Of a stretch of DNA of 64,000 nt, positions 1 through 11,176 are shown one piece after another (positions within the stretch are counted from its first letter, which is position 1; the number at the start of each line of letters is the position of its first letter). The position numbers and the translations under genes were made by a program. The notes beneath the pieces were generated by a model. It was not told where the DNA came from, did no database searches, and saw only the letters and a list, made by a program, of their open reading frames with translations. Source of the stretch: Leptospiraceae bacterium (GTDB lineage: Bacteria > Spirochaetota > Leptospiria > Leptospirales > Leptonemataceae); NCBI GenBank assembly GCA_040217195.1, contig JAVJNR010000003.1:32001-96000 (forward strand), given 5' to 3'.

Positions 1-2202
1 ACAGACATTCTGTTTCGCACAATTACAGCACCAATTCCGGCGCAAACTATTTTCCAGAATATGCCACCGGAGATTCAGGCTGCGCTGGTTGCCTTTAGCG
101 AAGGTATAAATCTAGCAATGGAAGAAGAATCCCTCCCGGTGGAATTTCTTTTACTGGGCTATGAGCCGGAGCCCTGGAATCCCTCGGATTCCCTGTCTGC
201 ACTGTATATCATGTCCTGGGATTTAAGCCCGGCATTCAACCAGGAGATTCTTTACTTCCTTCTTGAGCAGAGACTGGGCTCGGAGATAGCCGGATATCTA
301 TTCACTGCTTATCCGGACGGAGCGGCGGAAATTCTAACAGGCATGCAGGCCGGCGCCACTCCTGCTGAAGCCATAGCTGAAAATCTTGCTTCCGGTCCAT
401 GGAGCTTCAAACCGCAACCGATGGCCACGAATAACTCCCTTTTGCTGGCACTGCAGGCCCATTCCGCATACGAAGAATTACTGGGCAGTCCAGGGGCTGG
501 AGCTTCGAACAACTGGGTCATCGCTCCCGAAAAGTCAGCCACAGGTACAGCCATCGTTGCAAACGATATGCACCTGGGTCATGGAATACCGGGAATCTGG
601 TATCAGGCTCATATTATCAGCCCGGAGTTGAACGTCACCGGTGTTCTCTTACCTGGAGTGCCATTCGTAATTGCAGGAGGAAATGAAAATACAGCCAGAG
701 GTTTTACAAATGTAATGCTGGACGATATAGATTTCTACCGCGAAAGACTGGACCCGGACGATTCCAGTCGTGTAATGTATCGAAATCGCTACGTTGACAT
801 CAAAGAGATTGATACTACATTCAATGTAAAAGGTCAGGATCCAGTTAAGCATACGATTCGAATTACACCTCATGGTCCCATAGTTACCGATCTGCACCCT
901 CTTCTATCTTCGGATTCCGAACCTTCGCCCAATGCCAGGTCACTACTGGAAGGCGACCCGATTTCTATTCGATGGACTCTTTACGACAATACCGATGCAG
1001 CCATTGCACTATATGAGGCGAACCGGGCTCGCACCGTAGATGATCTGGAAAAGGCCCTGGAACACTTTAAGATGCCTGCACAGAACTGGGTATTCGCCGA
1101 TTCCCGGGGAAACATTGGATACAGAGCGGCCGCCGGTATACCTATTCGCCGGGGATTCAATGGAATGGGTTTACTTCGGGGCTGGGATGGTACGCAGGAA
1201 TGGTCCGGCTACGTACCCACCCGAGCGCAACCCGGTATTCGCAATCCGAAAGAAGGCTGGATTGCCTCTGCAAACAACAGGCACTCCAGAACCTATCCCT
1301 ATACCATCAGTAACTACTATGCAACCCCGGACCGATATCAAAGAATACAACAACTTCTCAGTAGCACCGATGGACTGGACCTGAAGGATCATCAACGTTT
1401 ACAGCTGGACGTTTTTAATTTTCAGGCCCGCACTTTAATGCCCTATATCCGAAGAGCTTTGAATCGACCCATGGAAGCTACTGATAATCGTCCCATGGAT
1501 CGTCACCTGGAAGAAGCTAGAAACCTGCTACTTGACTGGAATCTGCAGAATGATCGAACCTCTTCAGGTGCTGTAATCTATCATTATTTCATCCTGGCCC
1601 TGGTTCATGATCTTTTTGAGCCTGTAATTGGAACGGAACTCTTCCCTTATTACGCCAGGAATCGTTACACACTTTTCAATACATTGCAGGTTACGTTACG
1701 AAATGCTTTTCATCCATTTTATACGGTAGATGGAAAAGACCTGAACCGGGATGCATTCATACGCCGTTCCTTTCGCAATGGCATGGAAGCTCTTATGGAA
1801 GCGCATGGGGGTACCGGTGTGCAATGGAAAGATGTGCAATCCCTGGTATACAAACATCCGTTTGGACGTAAATCGGGTCTTCTGGGCTATTTCTTCAATC
1901 GCGGCCCTTATTCCGTAAATGGAAGCTGGACTACCGTGGCACCTGCAGGATTTGACATTCAGACCTGGCCTCAGAATACCTACAGTGTAACTCATGGTGC
2001 CTCCCAGCGTATGATCTATGATACAGGTAATCCGGATGCTTCTGTAACCACATTGCCTTCTGGAATAAGCGGTCAATTCCTGAGCCCTCATTATGATGAT
2101 CAGATCGAAAACTACATTAATGGCCGGTACCGTCCGTCCCCTCTGAGCGAAGAAGGCGCCATCCAGTCCTCCAATTATCGTTTAACCCTGGAGCCAGAGT
2201 AG
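1..2202 (+). CDS. Penicillin acylase family protein (Ntn-hydrolase, S45), 5'-truncated by the window edge
   Basis: Frame is open from base 1. Contains the beta-subunit nucleophile motif GASNNW followed by ANDMHL, plus GFTN, TPHGP, ASANN and PSGISG motifs. Confidence 0.9.
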   Translation, partial: TDILFRTITAPIPAQTIFQNMPPEIQAALVAFSEGINLAMEEESLPVEFLLLGYEPEPWNPSDSLSALYIMSWDLSPAFNQEILYFLLEQRLGSEIAGYLFTAYPDGAAEILTGMQAGATPAEAIAENLASGPWSFKPQPMATNNSLLLALQAHSAYEELLGSPGAGASNNWVIAPEKSATGTAIVANDMHLGHGIPGIWYQAHIISPELNVTGVLLPGVPFVIAGGNENTARGFTNVMLDDIDFYRERLDPDDSSRVMYRNRYVDIKEIDTTFNVKGQDPVKHTIRITPHGPIVTDLHPLLSSDSEPSPNARSLLEGDPISIRWTLYDNTDAAIALYEANRARTVDDLEKALEHFKMPAQNWVFADSRGNIGYRAAAGIPIRRGFNGMGLLRGWDGTQEWSGYVPTRAQPGIRNPKEGWIASANNRHSRTYPYTISNYYATPDRYQRIQQLLSSTDGLDLKDHQRLQLDVFNFQARTLMPYIRRALNRPMEATDNRPMDRHLEEARNLLLDWNLQNDRTSSGAVIYHYFILALVHDLFEPVIGTELFPYYARNRYTLFNTLQVTLRNAFHPFYTVDGKDLNRDAFIRRSFRNGMEALMEAHGGTGVQWKDVQSLVYKHPFGRKSGLLGYFFNRGPYSVNGSWTTVAPAGFDIQTWPQNTYSVTHGASQRMIYDTGNPDASVTTLPSGISGQFLSPHYDDQIENYINGRYRPSPLSEEGAIQSSNYRLTLEPE

Positions 2203-2307
2203 AATCCAGCCCATTGGGCCAAAAATCCGGAAAATGAAGCTACGCAGATTCTGCTGTAAAAATCTCCATCTGTTTGACACCCATCATCGCAACTGCATTT
2301 TGCGAAT

Positions 2308-3054
2308 GTGAGATTGGCTGGATTTTCTGAACCAGGCTTCGTAAGAAATCGAAACGAAGATGCGGCTTTACTAGGAGACAGGATTATCCAGGACGATGCT
2401 CCCAGGCAGATACTGGAACTTGAAGGAGAATTCCCCTGGGTGGCCGTGGCCGATGGTCTGGGTGGACATCCGGCGGGCAATCTTGCAAGCGCAACTTTGC
2501 TTCAGAGCCTCACTTCTTCCGGCCAGCCCTTTCATGAAAAATCCAACCTGAACGAGCTTTCTATATTCTTATCCGAAGCGTTGAGGGTGAAGGCCAGGGA
2601 AAAATGGGGAGCCGATGGAATGGCCTCCACTCTCACCGCCTTTTATTGCACGGAAAGCCAGGTGTTTCTGATTCATTGCGGAGATTGCCGGGCCTATAGA
2701 ATATCTGATGCCGGAAAATCGCTTATAAGTACAGATCATACCCTGGTTTTTCAAAATTTTCTACGCGGAGAACTGGACCTGGAACAGGTGCGCGCACATC
2801 CTATGAAAAACCGATTGCTACAATGCATCCAGGCAAAAGAAGAAATAGCAGATCTGGAACTTCATACCGTGGAGAGAAAGCCGGGCATGCGATTGCTACT
2901 GGCCACCGATGGGATCTGGGAATCCATGCCCAACCATCAACTACTGGATCTGGTGCAGAATGGGGAACTAAAACAGTGCTGCGAAAATGTTCGCCAGTTG
3001 TATTATGATTCCGGAGCCAGAGACAATGGATCTATGATATTGCTGGAATTTTGA
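2308..3054 (+). CDS. PP2C-family (Stp1/PrpC-like) Ser/Thr protein phosphatase
   Basis: Motifs RNRNEDA, VADGLGGH, HCGDCRAY, ATDG and RDN. GTG start is uncertain. Confidence 0.88.
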   Translation: MRLAGFSEPGFVRNRNEDAALLGDRIIQDDAPRQILELEGEFPWVAVADGLGGHPAGNLASATLLQSLTSSGQPFHEKSNLNELSIFLSEALRVKAREKWGADGMASTLTAFYCTESQVFLIHCGDCRAYRISDAGKSLISTDHTLVFQNFLRGELDLEQVRAHPMKNRLLQCIQAKEEIADLELHTVERKPGMRLLLATDGIWESMPNHQLLDLVQNGELKQCCENVRQLYYDSGARDNGSMILLEF

Positions 3055-3620
3055 AACAATGCATTCCAGACTGTAACAGAAACCTTTTCCATCCCGGCCG
3101 CATTGGGATGCACTCCATCGGCCAAACAATATTCAGGTTGAAGCATCACTCCCTGGAGAAAAAAGGGTAGTAGTTCTATTTCCATTTCCTTTACCAGTCG
3201 AGGAAAAATGGATTCAAAATCCGTAGCCAGCTTTGCACCCATGCCCGGAATAGAGGGAAACTCCACCACAAAGATTCTCATAGAGGAATTAGTGCTGCGA
3301 GCCTCTTCAATAATCTTCTTAAAGTAGCTATACGCAAATTCCGGACTGATTTGATTGAATAGATCGTTTGCTCCCAGAAAAACAACCAGAACCTCTACAT
3401 TCGAATGTCTCTTTAGCAGGGGAGCCAGCCTGTAAAATGCATCCATGGTAGTATCGCCGCTGATGCCACCATTGATAATCTGCCAGGGAGAATTCTGGCC
3501 CAGCTTAGCTTCAATCAAAGATGGATAGGACTGTTCTGGTAGTAAGCCAAACCCCTCAGTGAAGCTATCTCCCAGAAAGAGTATGCCTCGTTTCCTTAAT
3601 TCTTTATCTGATGGGCGCAA
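3003..3620 (-). CDS. GDSL/SGNH arylesterase (TesA-like)
   Basis: Blocks FLGDSFTEG, GISGDTT, LGAND and DGVHPN. Confidence 0.9.
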   Translation of the reverse strand: MRPSDKELRKRGILFLGDSFTEGFGLLPEQSYPSLIEAKLGQNSPWQIINGGISGDTTMDAFYRLAPLLKRHSNVEVLVVFLGANDLFNQISPEFAYSYFKKIIEEARSTNSSMRIFVVEFPSIPGMGAKLATDFESIFPRLVKEMEIELLPFFLQGVMLQPEYCLADGVHPNAAGMEKVSVTVWNALFQNSSNIIDPLSLAPES

Positions 3621-3653
3621 AACTTACGATTTAAATCCGCCAGGATCCCACTA

Positions 3654-3896
3654 TCAGGAAGCTTCCAGAATGGCCAGTGTATCTCCAACCTTCACCGACT
3701 CCCCGGACTTCTTAAGGATGCTTTTAAGGGTTCCGGACTCCGGACACTCCAGGGGAAAAGCTGCTTTATCCGTTACCAGTTCGCACAACTCCTGGTTTTC
3801 ACTGACGCTGGCCCCTTCCTCTACATTCCAGGAGACCACTTCAATTTTTTCTGCATCGCCAATATCTGGCACCATCAGGGGAATTTCACGAGCCAT
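3654..3896 (-). CDS. Stand-alone biotin/lipoyl attachment domain protein
   Basis: 80 aa. MVPDIG...ELVTDKA lipoyl-Lys motif and GESVKVG; no other domains. Confidence 0.85.
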   Translation of the reverse strand: MAREIPLMVPDIGDAEKIEVVSWNVEEGASVSENQELCELVTDKAAFPLECPESGTLKSILKKSGESVKVGDTLAILEAS

Positions 3897-3985
3897 AGAA
3901 CGATCCCGTCGAAACCAGATTCATTTGCAACAGCAAAAATCCGATTCCCATTGATTTCTTTCTCAATACTGATTATTTTGGTACC

Positions 3986-4969
3986 ATGGATCGACTCCCA
4001 GTGCCCACCGATGAAGAATTGAGAAATACCCTTTCGGCCACCATGATGCCTCATGATCTGGAACAGGCCTTGCCTTTGATTCATGAAATCAATGATCTGA
4101 AAAAGCAAAAGAATGCAGTCATCCTGGGGCATAACTATATGACCCCTGATGTCTACCATGGAGTCAGCGATTACGTGGGCGATTCTCTGGGTCTGGCAAG
4201 GTTGTCTGCAGAAACTACGGCGGAGATTATCCTGTTTAACGGTGTCCACTTCATGGCGGAGACTGCCAAAGTTCTGAACCCGCAACGCAAAGTACTGATC
4301 GCAGACCTGGAAGCCGGTTGCTCTCTGGCAGAAAGCATTACTAGAAAGGACGTACAGGAGCTAAAAAAGAAGTTTCCTGGTGTTCCTGTGGTTACCTACG
4401 TTAACTGCTCTGCAGAAGTTAAGGCAGAAACGGACATCTGTTGCACCAGCGCCAATGCATTGAAGGTAATCGAAAGCCTGCCAGATGATACAATCATATT
4501 CTTACCGGATGCATACCTGGCGAAGAACATGCAGCTAAAAACCAAGAAGCGACTTATCGCCTGGGAAAATGGAAAATGCATGGTTCATGAGTTGTATTCT
4601 GGCGACGATGTTCGAGATATGCGCCGTCAGTTTCCAGACCTGGTGGTTATCAGCCATCCGGAATGCGATACAGATGTAACTGAAGCATCGGACTTTGCAG
4701 GATCCACATCTCAAATGGAGGACTTTATTCGAAACAGCAAAGAACAAAACATTATGCTATTAACCGAATGCTCCATGGGCGATAACCTGAGACATAAGTT
4801 TCCAGACCGACATTTCATTTCCACGTGTCATACCTGTCCGCATATGAAGAAGATTACTCTTACCAAAGTGCGGGATGCGCTGCTAAAAGAACAATTTCAG
4901 ATTGAACTGAGTCAGGAAATCATTGATAAGGCCCGCAAATCCGTGGAACGGATGATTGAGATCGGATAA
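3986..4969 (+). CDS. nadA: Quinolinate synthase A
   Basis: Motifs [47 protein letters not shown] and CPHMK. Confidence 0.96.
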   Translation: MDRLPVPTDEELRNTLSATMMPHDLEQALPLIHEINDLKKQKNAVILGHNYMTPDVYHGVSDYVGDSLGLARLSAETTAEIILFNGVHFMAETAKVLNPQRKVLIADLEAGCSLAESITRKDVQELKKKFPGVPVVTYVNCSAEVKAETDICCTSANALKVIESLPDDTIIFLPDAYLAKNMQLKTKKRLIAWENGKCMVHELYSGDDVRDMRRQFPDLVVISHPECDTDVTEASDFAGSTSQMEDFIRNSKEQNIMLLTECSMGDNLRHKFPDRHFISTCHTCPHMKKITLTKVRDALLKEQFQIELSQEIIDKARKSVERMIEIG

Positions 4970-5192
4970 TCATCCGGCCGCCGTGCCCGACAACTGGCAA
5001 ATCCCTGGAAATGGCCTGGCCACTTATTTCTTCAGTCAGAGACGTAGTAAGGGTACTGAAGTAGAAAAGGGTATTGCAGAAAGATATTGCATCAGCCCGG
5101 CATTCATTTGAGATTGCCCGCACCCGCCGCAACAGTATCCTCCGGACCTTTAAGCCGGAATACAGCGGTAGCCATCGGATCAGGAAGACCAA

Positions 5193-7940
5193 ATGGAACA
5201 AATCAAAAAATACACCGTACCAATTGCTATCGGGATTGGTCTGCTGATATTACTATCTTTTAGCACTATCAGTAACTACTACCTGGATTTACAGTGGTTC
5301 AAGTCACAAAACCAGGGTGGACTCTTCTTCACCTATTTCTGGCTAAACCTGCTTCCATTCATTTGCGGGTTTTTGCTTGCTCTACTGTTCTATCTACCGG
5401 TTTACAAGTTCAATACAAAGAGCCTTCGCTTACTATTCTCCGAAGGGCTTTTTACAAAGGGATGGAATTATCTATTCGCCGCCATTCCCTTTGCAGCTGC
5501 CTTTCTGTTCCATGGTCCATCTGCAGTCACCCTTTCCGATTCCATTCCTCTTTTCTTCTATGGCGCGGAAGCAGGCATAAGCGATCCAGTGCTTGGAGTA
5601 GATGTTAGCTTTTACATGTTCGACCTTCCTTTCTACAAAGGAATCATTCATTATTTTCAGATACTGTTTATCGCACTGTTTATATATAGCGCGGCCATGT
5701 TCTATCTTCCAGTGCAGGCAGCCGGGATTTCAGGAAAGCTGAACTACAAAGATGCCTTGATTTTTCGCATTACTGTTCTGGGCTCCATCCTGGGTACTCT
5801 ATTTCTTGGTGTGCTTGCCATTGATTTCTGGCTGGATAGCTATGAACTAATCACTTCCGGGACTTCCAGTACTGTTGCCGGCGCAGCCTACACGGATGCA
5901 AACTTTACTCTTTATGGTTACCGGGTATTGTCCGTCATATCCGGCCTGGCGGCACTTGTTACTCTGTTTGCATTATTTCGCAAATCCTATAAAACCGCGG
6001 GCATTGCCGTTGCTTCTGTATTTGTACTCTATCTGGTAGGCGTCCGATTGGTTCCCTTCCTGATTCAATCTCTCCAGGTGAATCCAAATGAATTAACCAT
6101 GGAGGAGGAGTACATCAAGCACAGTATTGCATTCACCAGAAAAGGCTACGGACTGGACAAAGTTCAACGAAGTAACTTTGAGCCAGGTCAGGGCATTGAT
6201 CCTCAAACCGTTCAGAGAAATCAGGAGCTAATTTCAAATATTCGCCTCTGGGATTACCGTCCGCTGAAAGCTACTTTCAAACAACTGCAAGAAATTCGAC
6301 CCTATTATGAGTTTGCAGATGTGGATGTGGATCGCTATCGGATCAACGGACAACTGCGACAGGTAATGCTCAGCGCGCGAGAACTGAATGCTTCGGAACT
6401 TTCTCCTCACGTTCAGAAAAACTGGATTCCAATGAAATTACAGTACACCCATGGATATGGTGTGGTAATGAGCCCTACCAATCGTGTAACGGAAGATGGC
6501 TTGCCAGAACTCTGGATTAAGAATTTTCCACCGGAAATCAAACAGGAAGGATTGCCGGAATTCAAAGAACCAAGAATTTACTACGGAGAAATCCAGGAAA
6601 GCTACGTAGTAGTCAATACCGGGATGAATGAAATCGATTATCCAGCAGGTCAGGAGTTTGCTGAAACCAGGTACGCAGGAAAGGGCGGAATCCCTCTTGG
6701 ATCCGGATTACACCGACTTTTGATTTCCTGGCCATTCGATACTTACAAGCTACTCACTGCGGACGCTGTAAAGAGCGACAGTCGGCTACTGATCCGTCGA
6801 AACATTCATGAGGCTGTGCGAAGACTGGCTCCATTTCTGGAGTTCGATGAAGATGCCTATCCGGTGATTGGAAAGGATGGAAAGCTGTACTGGATTCTCG
6901 ATGCGTATACCGTTTCCAGCAGGTATCCTTACAGTGCACGTATTAATCCGGAATTCCTGGCCTCTCTCTCCAACCGACTAAACCTACGAAAGTTTGGTGG
7001 AATAAATTACATTCGCAATTCTGTAAAGGTGATCATCGATGCCTATTCCGGTGAAGTAAAGATGTATGCCATTGATGGTGAGGACCCGGTGCTGGCTGCC
7101 TATAAAAAGTTCCTTCCCGAGTTGATACAACCGATGGCAGAGTTTCCCGAGTTTCTAAAAGCTCACCTTCGTTATCCGGAAGCCATCTTCATGATCCAGG
7201 CCTCTATTTATACGGATTATCACATGGAAGACCCCCAGGTTTTCTATAACCGGGAAGACCGCTGGGAAATTTCCCAGGAACTGTATGACTCGAACAAGCA
7301 ATTGGTGGAACCGTACTACGCAATCATCAAACTTCCAGGCGAAAAAGAACCGGAAACTGTGATCATGCTTCCATTCATACCAAAGAACAAACAAAACCTG
7401 GTTTCCTGGATGGGAGTCCGATGCGATGTAGATCGAGGTCTGGGAGAAATCCTGGTGTTCGATTTTCCAAGGTCCCGCCAGATCTATGGCCCAATGCAGA
7501 TTGAAGCCAGGATTGATCAGGATGCAGAAATATCGCCTCAGATATCTCTCTGGGATCAACAGGGCTCTTCCGTGATTCGAGGTAACCTGCTGGTATTGCC
7601 CATAGAAAACGAACTGGTATATGTGGAACCGCTGTATCTTCAATCGAATGAAAGCCCTTTTCCAGAACTAAAACGAGTGATCGTGGCCAGCGGTACAAAC
7701 ATTGCCATGCGAAACACTCTGCAAGAGGCCATTGAAGCAGTGGCCCGAAATAGGACTGGCACAACAAAGCCAGGAGCAGAAAATGCGCCGTCCACCGCTG
7801 TGGATCCCAAACAACTGGTTCGTCAGGCCCGGGAAGCATTGAGACAGGCCAAATCGGCTGCAGGCAAAGGCGATTGGAAAATGTTTGGTCAATTCATGGA
7901 TGAGCTGGAAAGCACCCTGGATCGAATTCCAACCAATTAA
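5193..7940 (+). CDS. UPF0182 family membrane protein
   Basis: N-terminal TM helices. Motifs [42 protein letters not shown] and GNLLVLP...YVEPLY. Confidence 0.93.
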   Translation: MEQIKKYTVPIAIGIGLLILLSFSTISNYYLDLQWFKSQNQGGLFFTYFWLNLLPFICGFLLALLFYLPVYKFNTKSLRLLFSEGLFTKGWNYLFAAIPFAAAFLFHGPSAVTLSDSIPLFFYGAEAGISDPVLGVDVSFYMFDLPFYKGIIHYFQILFIALFIYSAAMFYLPVQAAGISGKLNYKDALIFRITVLGSILGTLFLGVLAIDFWLDSYELITSGTSSTVAGAAYTDANFTLYGYRVLSVISGLAALVTLFALFRKSYKTAGIAVASVFVLYLVGVRLVPFLIQSLQVNPNELTMEEEYIKHSIAFTRKGYGLDKVQRSNFEPGQGIDPQTVQRNQELISNIRLWDYRPLKATFKQLQEIRPYYEFADVDVDRYRINGQLRQVMLSARELNASELSPHVQKNWIPMKLQYTHGYGVVMSPTNRVTEDGLPELWIKNFPPEIKQEGLPEFKEPRIYYGEIQESYVVVNTGMNEIDYPAGQEFAETRYAGKGGIPLGSGLHRLLISWPFDTYKLLTADAVKSDSRLLIRRNIHEAVRRLAPFLEFDEDAYPVIGKDGKLYWILDAYTVSSRYPYSARINPEFLASLSNRLNLRKFGGINYIRNSVKVIIDAYSGEVKMYAIDGEDPVLAAYKKFLPELIQPMAEFPEFLKAHLRYPEAIFMIQASIYTDYHMEDPQVFYNREDRWEISQELYDSNKQLVEPYYAIIKLPGEKEPETVIMLPFIPKNKQNLVSWMGVRCDVDRGLGEILVFDFPRSRQIYGPMQIEARIDQDAEISPQISLWDQQGSSVIRGNLLVLPIENELVYVEPLYLQSNESPFPELKRVIVASGTNIAMRNTLQEAIEAVARNRTGTTKPGAENAPSTAVDPKQLVRQAREALRQAKSAAGKGDWKMFGQFMDELESTLDRIPTN

Positions 7941-7946
7941 GCACAG

Positions 7947-7978
7947 AAACTCCCGAATGGAATTTCATTCGGGAGTTT
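7947..7978 (+). terminator. Probable intrinsic terminator hairpin after the UPF0182 gene
   Basis: Perfect 13-bp inverted repeat AAACTCCCGAATG-gaattt-CATTCGGGAGTTT, 7 bp after the stop codon. The U-tract is short. Confidence 0.65.
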
Positions 7979-8014
7979 GTCGACACAATCCGCCGGTGCC
8001 GGAATTACAGTACC

Positions 8015-8503
8015 ATGGATTTTCGCATTGGTCAGGGCATAGATTTCCATCGATTAATTGAAGATCAGAATCGGCCATTGATGCTGGGAGGAGTGGAAAT
8101 TCAAGGCCAGCTAGCCTTGAAAGGTCACAGTGATGCAGACGTAATCCTGCATGCAATTACAGATGCCATTCTGGGTGCCCTGGCTCTGGGAGATCTGGGA
8201 GAATTCTTTCCGGATACAGACCCGGCTCTAAAAGATGCCGATTCCAGCGTCCTTCTGGCCACAGTGCTCAAGGAAATGAACAGCCGTGGCTACAGAGTTA
8301 ACAATGTGGACCTTACTGTGATGGGAGAAAGACCAAAACTGGCCCCGCATCGATCCATGATCAAAAAAAAAGTGGCGTCCTTGCTTGCAATTGCGGAAGA
8401 AAGCACAGGAATCAAAGCTACAACTACGGAAAAAATGGGTTTCCTGGGTCGTGCGGAAGGACTGGGTTGTATGGCAGTGATTCTACTGGCAAAGCAAGAT
8501 TAG
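8015..8503 (+). CDS. ispF: 2-C-methyl-D-erythritol 2,4-cyclodiphosphate synthase
   Basis: Motifs [26 protein letters not shown] and KATTTEKMG. Confidence 0.97.
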   Translation: MDFRIGQGIDFHRLIEDQNRPLMLGGVEIQGQLALKGHSDADVILHAITDAILGALALGDLGEFFPDTDPALKDADSSVLLATVLKEMNSRGYRVNNVDLTVMGERPKLAPHRSMIKKKVASLLAIAEESTGIKATTTEKMGFLGRAEGLGCMAVILLAKQD

Positions 8504-8531
8504 ATATAAGGGCCTTGCCGGCACCGGGCTA

Positions 8532-10739
8532 ATGCGAAATAAATCTGCGAACCTGAATCTAGCACTATTGGCGCTTCTGAGCCTGGTCCACTGCAGTCCC
8601 GGTCAGTCTTTCCCAGAAGTGGACCTTAATCAATATGAGGCCCGGGTAACTCTGGGCCTGGTCTCTCCGGGTTCACGGGAGACTCAGCATACCTGGTTCA
8701 CTGTCCCCCCTGCTTCTGGCACTCAGCGAGCCCTGCGAATGCATTCTCTCCACCTTCCAGGAATGCCTGAACGATCATCGGTACAGCTCCGGGATTTACC
8801 CATGGAAGATTTTTCCATGGAAATCTGTTTTCCTCTAAACAAGAACCAATTGGAGCACTTTACCTCCCCCGCCCTGCGTCTGGCCCACATTGGGGAGAAA
8901 TGGGCCATCTATCTAAATGGAAACAAAGTATTTAGCAACCTGAATGTGGCGGAATCCAGAAGCCGCCGGGCCCTGGTGTACCCGCTGGACATCAGGCACC
9001 TTCTACCAGGTGAGAATTGTCTTTTGTTTCACTTTCGCGGCGATCCGGTTAACCTGGAAACCGGTCTTTATTATGGCGGCCCCTACAAGGTGGTGGAGTA
9101 CCAGACCATACTGGCCAACAAGTCCCAGTCCCTGGAACTGGCTTTGATCAGCATCTATCTGGCAATCGGACTCTTCCATACCCTTTTCTTCCTCCAGAAG
9201 AAAAGGGATCGGTACAATGTGTATTTCGGTCTCTTTTCAATTTTTATGGCTGCGTGGCTTTATTCAAGCTCACCGCTAATCTATGAATTGCTTCCACAGT
9301 ATGCCATTACTCTTCGCATTGAGCTACTATCTCTATTCCTGCTGTTGCCATCTTTCGGTTCTTTCATTCAGGCAGCCCAGGGTGGATTACATTCCTGGTT
9401 TCTACGTGCTCTGTGGATCAGTCATGGAATCTTCATAGCTGCTCTATTGTGGCCTTCGGTAAACTTTATCCAGGATCTAATCACATTCTGGAGAATCCTG
9501 GCTATTTTGATACTGATCTACTTTCTGATCGCTATTCCGGCTCGTTTCTGGCGCTACGTTCGGCTATTTCGAATACGATATGGCATGCCAGAATCTTTCA
9601 AGAAAGCAATATTAAATACGGTGCCCGGTAACCTTCTTGTAGGAACCATTCTAGTGGCCATCGCCGGCATTCTGGACATTGTCAATGCATCCCAGGGAAG
9701 AGGAAATCAGGGAATCATAGGGTACGTATTTCTGATTTTTGTGGGTGGATCAGCACTGCGAATTGCCAACCGGTTATTCTTTCTCAATGAAATGGTGGAG
9801 AACCTGAACCGAAAGCTCAGGAATAATCTGGCTGCATTAAATCGAACCAACTCCAGACTTCGCATTTCTGAACGCAGATATCGCCACCTGATCGATGGCT
9901 CCAGGGATGTAATACTATCCCTTAATTCCGACGGAGTAATCCTTCTGGCCAGCCGGGCTTCTCGACTTGAGCTGGGAATTGGTCCGGAGGATCTGGAAGG
10001 CCGACCCATCGAATCACTGATTCATAGTGATCCATCCGATCAGTACAGGACTCTGGAATTCTTTCGGGAGCGATTCGAGGTGTTTCGCAAAGAAAAAGAA
10101 AGCCTGCAGATGAAAATTCCGGTTCGCAGCAGGAATGAATCACAGCCGGCTCTCTTTCAGCTAACCCTTCAGAAAATGCAGGGAGATGAGGACTGGGAAA
10201 TCCTGGGGCGGCTCATGCCGCTGAAAGAAGACTATCTACTCCAATTTCTGCAAAAAGAGCAGCTCACATTTAATCTTGGAAATGAACTAATTGCTGTGGA
10301 AGAGCTCTCTCAGAGATTGGTGCGAAATCTGCCCAGGTATATTGATATTTCGCAAACCGCAATGATTCGCATTGGTTTGCGGGAAATTCTAATTAATGCA
10401 ATTGAGCATGGAAATCTGGCGATTACGTTCGAAGAAAAGAGCCAGGAACTCACAGCAGGAAATTACAGCGAATTCATTGCGTTGCGACAGGGCGATCCAC
10501 GCTACAGGGAGCGAACCGTCACCGTGGATTACAATCTTGATGCCAATGGCGTCATTTACAGGATTCAAGACCAGGGAGTGGGCTTCGACCATGCAAGCCT
10601 GGGCAAAAAATTATCAGTTTCCGAAAGCGAGGCATTGCCGCTTCATGGTCGAGGAATCCTCATTACCCGGAACGCATTTGACCTTGTGGAGTACAATGAT
10701 AGGGGCAATGAGGTGAGGCTACTGAAATACTTTCGGTAA
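8532..10739 (+). CDS. Membrane sensor: 7TM-DISM-like + PAS + RsbW-like HATPase domain
   Basis: Signal/lipobox-like N-terminus, about 7 TM segments, coiled coil, SERRYRHL-PAS, N-box EILINAIEHGN, DQGVGF and HGRG. No H-box seen. Confidence 0.75.
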   Translation: MRNKSANLNLALLALLSLVHCSPGQSFPEVDLNQYEARVTLGLVSPGSRETQHTWFTVPPASGTQRALRMHSLHLPGMPERSSVQLRDLPMEDFSMEICFPLNKNQLEHFTSPALRLAHIGEKWAIYLNGNKVFSNLNVAESRSRRALVYPLDIRHLLPGENCLLFHFRGDPVNLETGLYYGGPYKVVEYQTILANKSQSLELALISIYLAIGLFHTLFFLQKKRDRYNVYFGLFSIFMAAWLYSSSPLIYELLPQYAITLRIELLSLFLLLPSFGSFIQAAQGGLHSWFLRALWISHGIFIAALLWPSVNFIQDLITFWRILAILILIYFLIAIPARFWRYVRLFRIRYGMPESFKKAILNTVPGNLLVGTILVAIAGILDIVNASQGRGNQGIIGYVFLIFVGGSALRIANRLFFLNEMVENLNRKLRNNLAALNRTNSRLRISERRYRHLIDGSRDVILSLNSDGVILLASRASRLELGIGPEDLEGRPIESLIHSDPSDQYRTLEFFRERFEVFRKEKESLQMKIPVRSRNESQPALFQLTLQKMQGDEDWEILGRLMPLKEDYLLQFLQKEQLTFNLGNELIAVEELSQRLVRNLPRYIDISQTAMIRIGLREILINAIEHGNLAITFEEKSQELTAGNYSEFIALRQGDPRYRERTVTVDYNLDANGVIYRIQDQGVGFDHASLGKKLSVSESEALPLHGRGILITRNAFDLVEYNDRGNEVRLLKYFR

Positions 10740-10742
10740 TCG

Positions 10743-11111
10743 ATGGCAGCCCCAAAAACGGCCCATAGGTATCAGGGCCACATGGAGAGTATCATCATGG
10801 AAATGAGACAGAAAAATACGCTTAAGAGCCCACAAACCCAGAGCCATGAATGGACCTTTTTGAGTAATCACTTACACGTACTACTCTGTCTCTACAGAGA
10901 TCCAGACATGAGACTGCGAGATGTGGCGCAGAGAGTCAATATCACTGAAAGGGCCGTACAGGGAATTGTTCTGGATCTGGAAGAAGCTGGAGTACTACGG
11001 CGAATCAAGCAGGGTCGCAGAAATCGCTACGAGATCTACCTGGACCGTAAGCTGCGACATTCTCTGGAGGAGCATGTGGCCGTCGGTAAACTCCTGGAAC
11101 TCTTGAAGTAA
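10743..11111 (+). CDS. Winged helix-turn-helix transcriptional regulator (MarR/AsnC-like)
   Basis: WTFLSNHLHVL...RDVAQRVNITERAVQGIVLDLEEAG...GRRNRY. The real start may be a later ATG (about 10797). Confidence 0.85.
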   Translation: MAAPKTAHRYQGHMESIIMEMRQKNTLKSPQTQSHEWTFLSNHLHVLLCLYRDPDMRLRDVAQRVNITERAVQGIVLDLEEAGVLRRIKQGRRNRYEIYLDRKLRHSLEEHVAVGKLLELLK

Positions 11112-11176
11112 GGAAAAGCAATTCCCGGCAATAGAAAAGGCCGTGCCCACTGGCTTCCTAAATCGTCTATTGAAGT

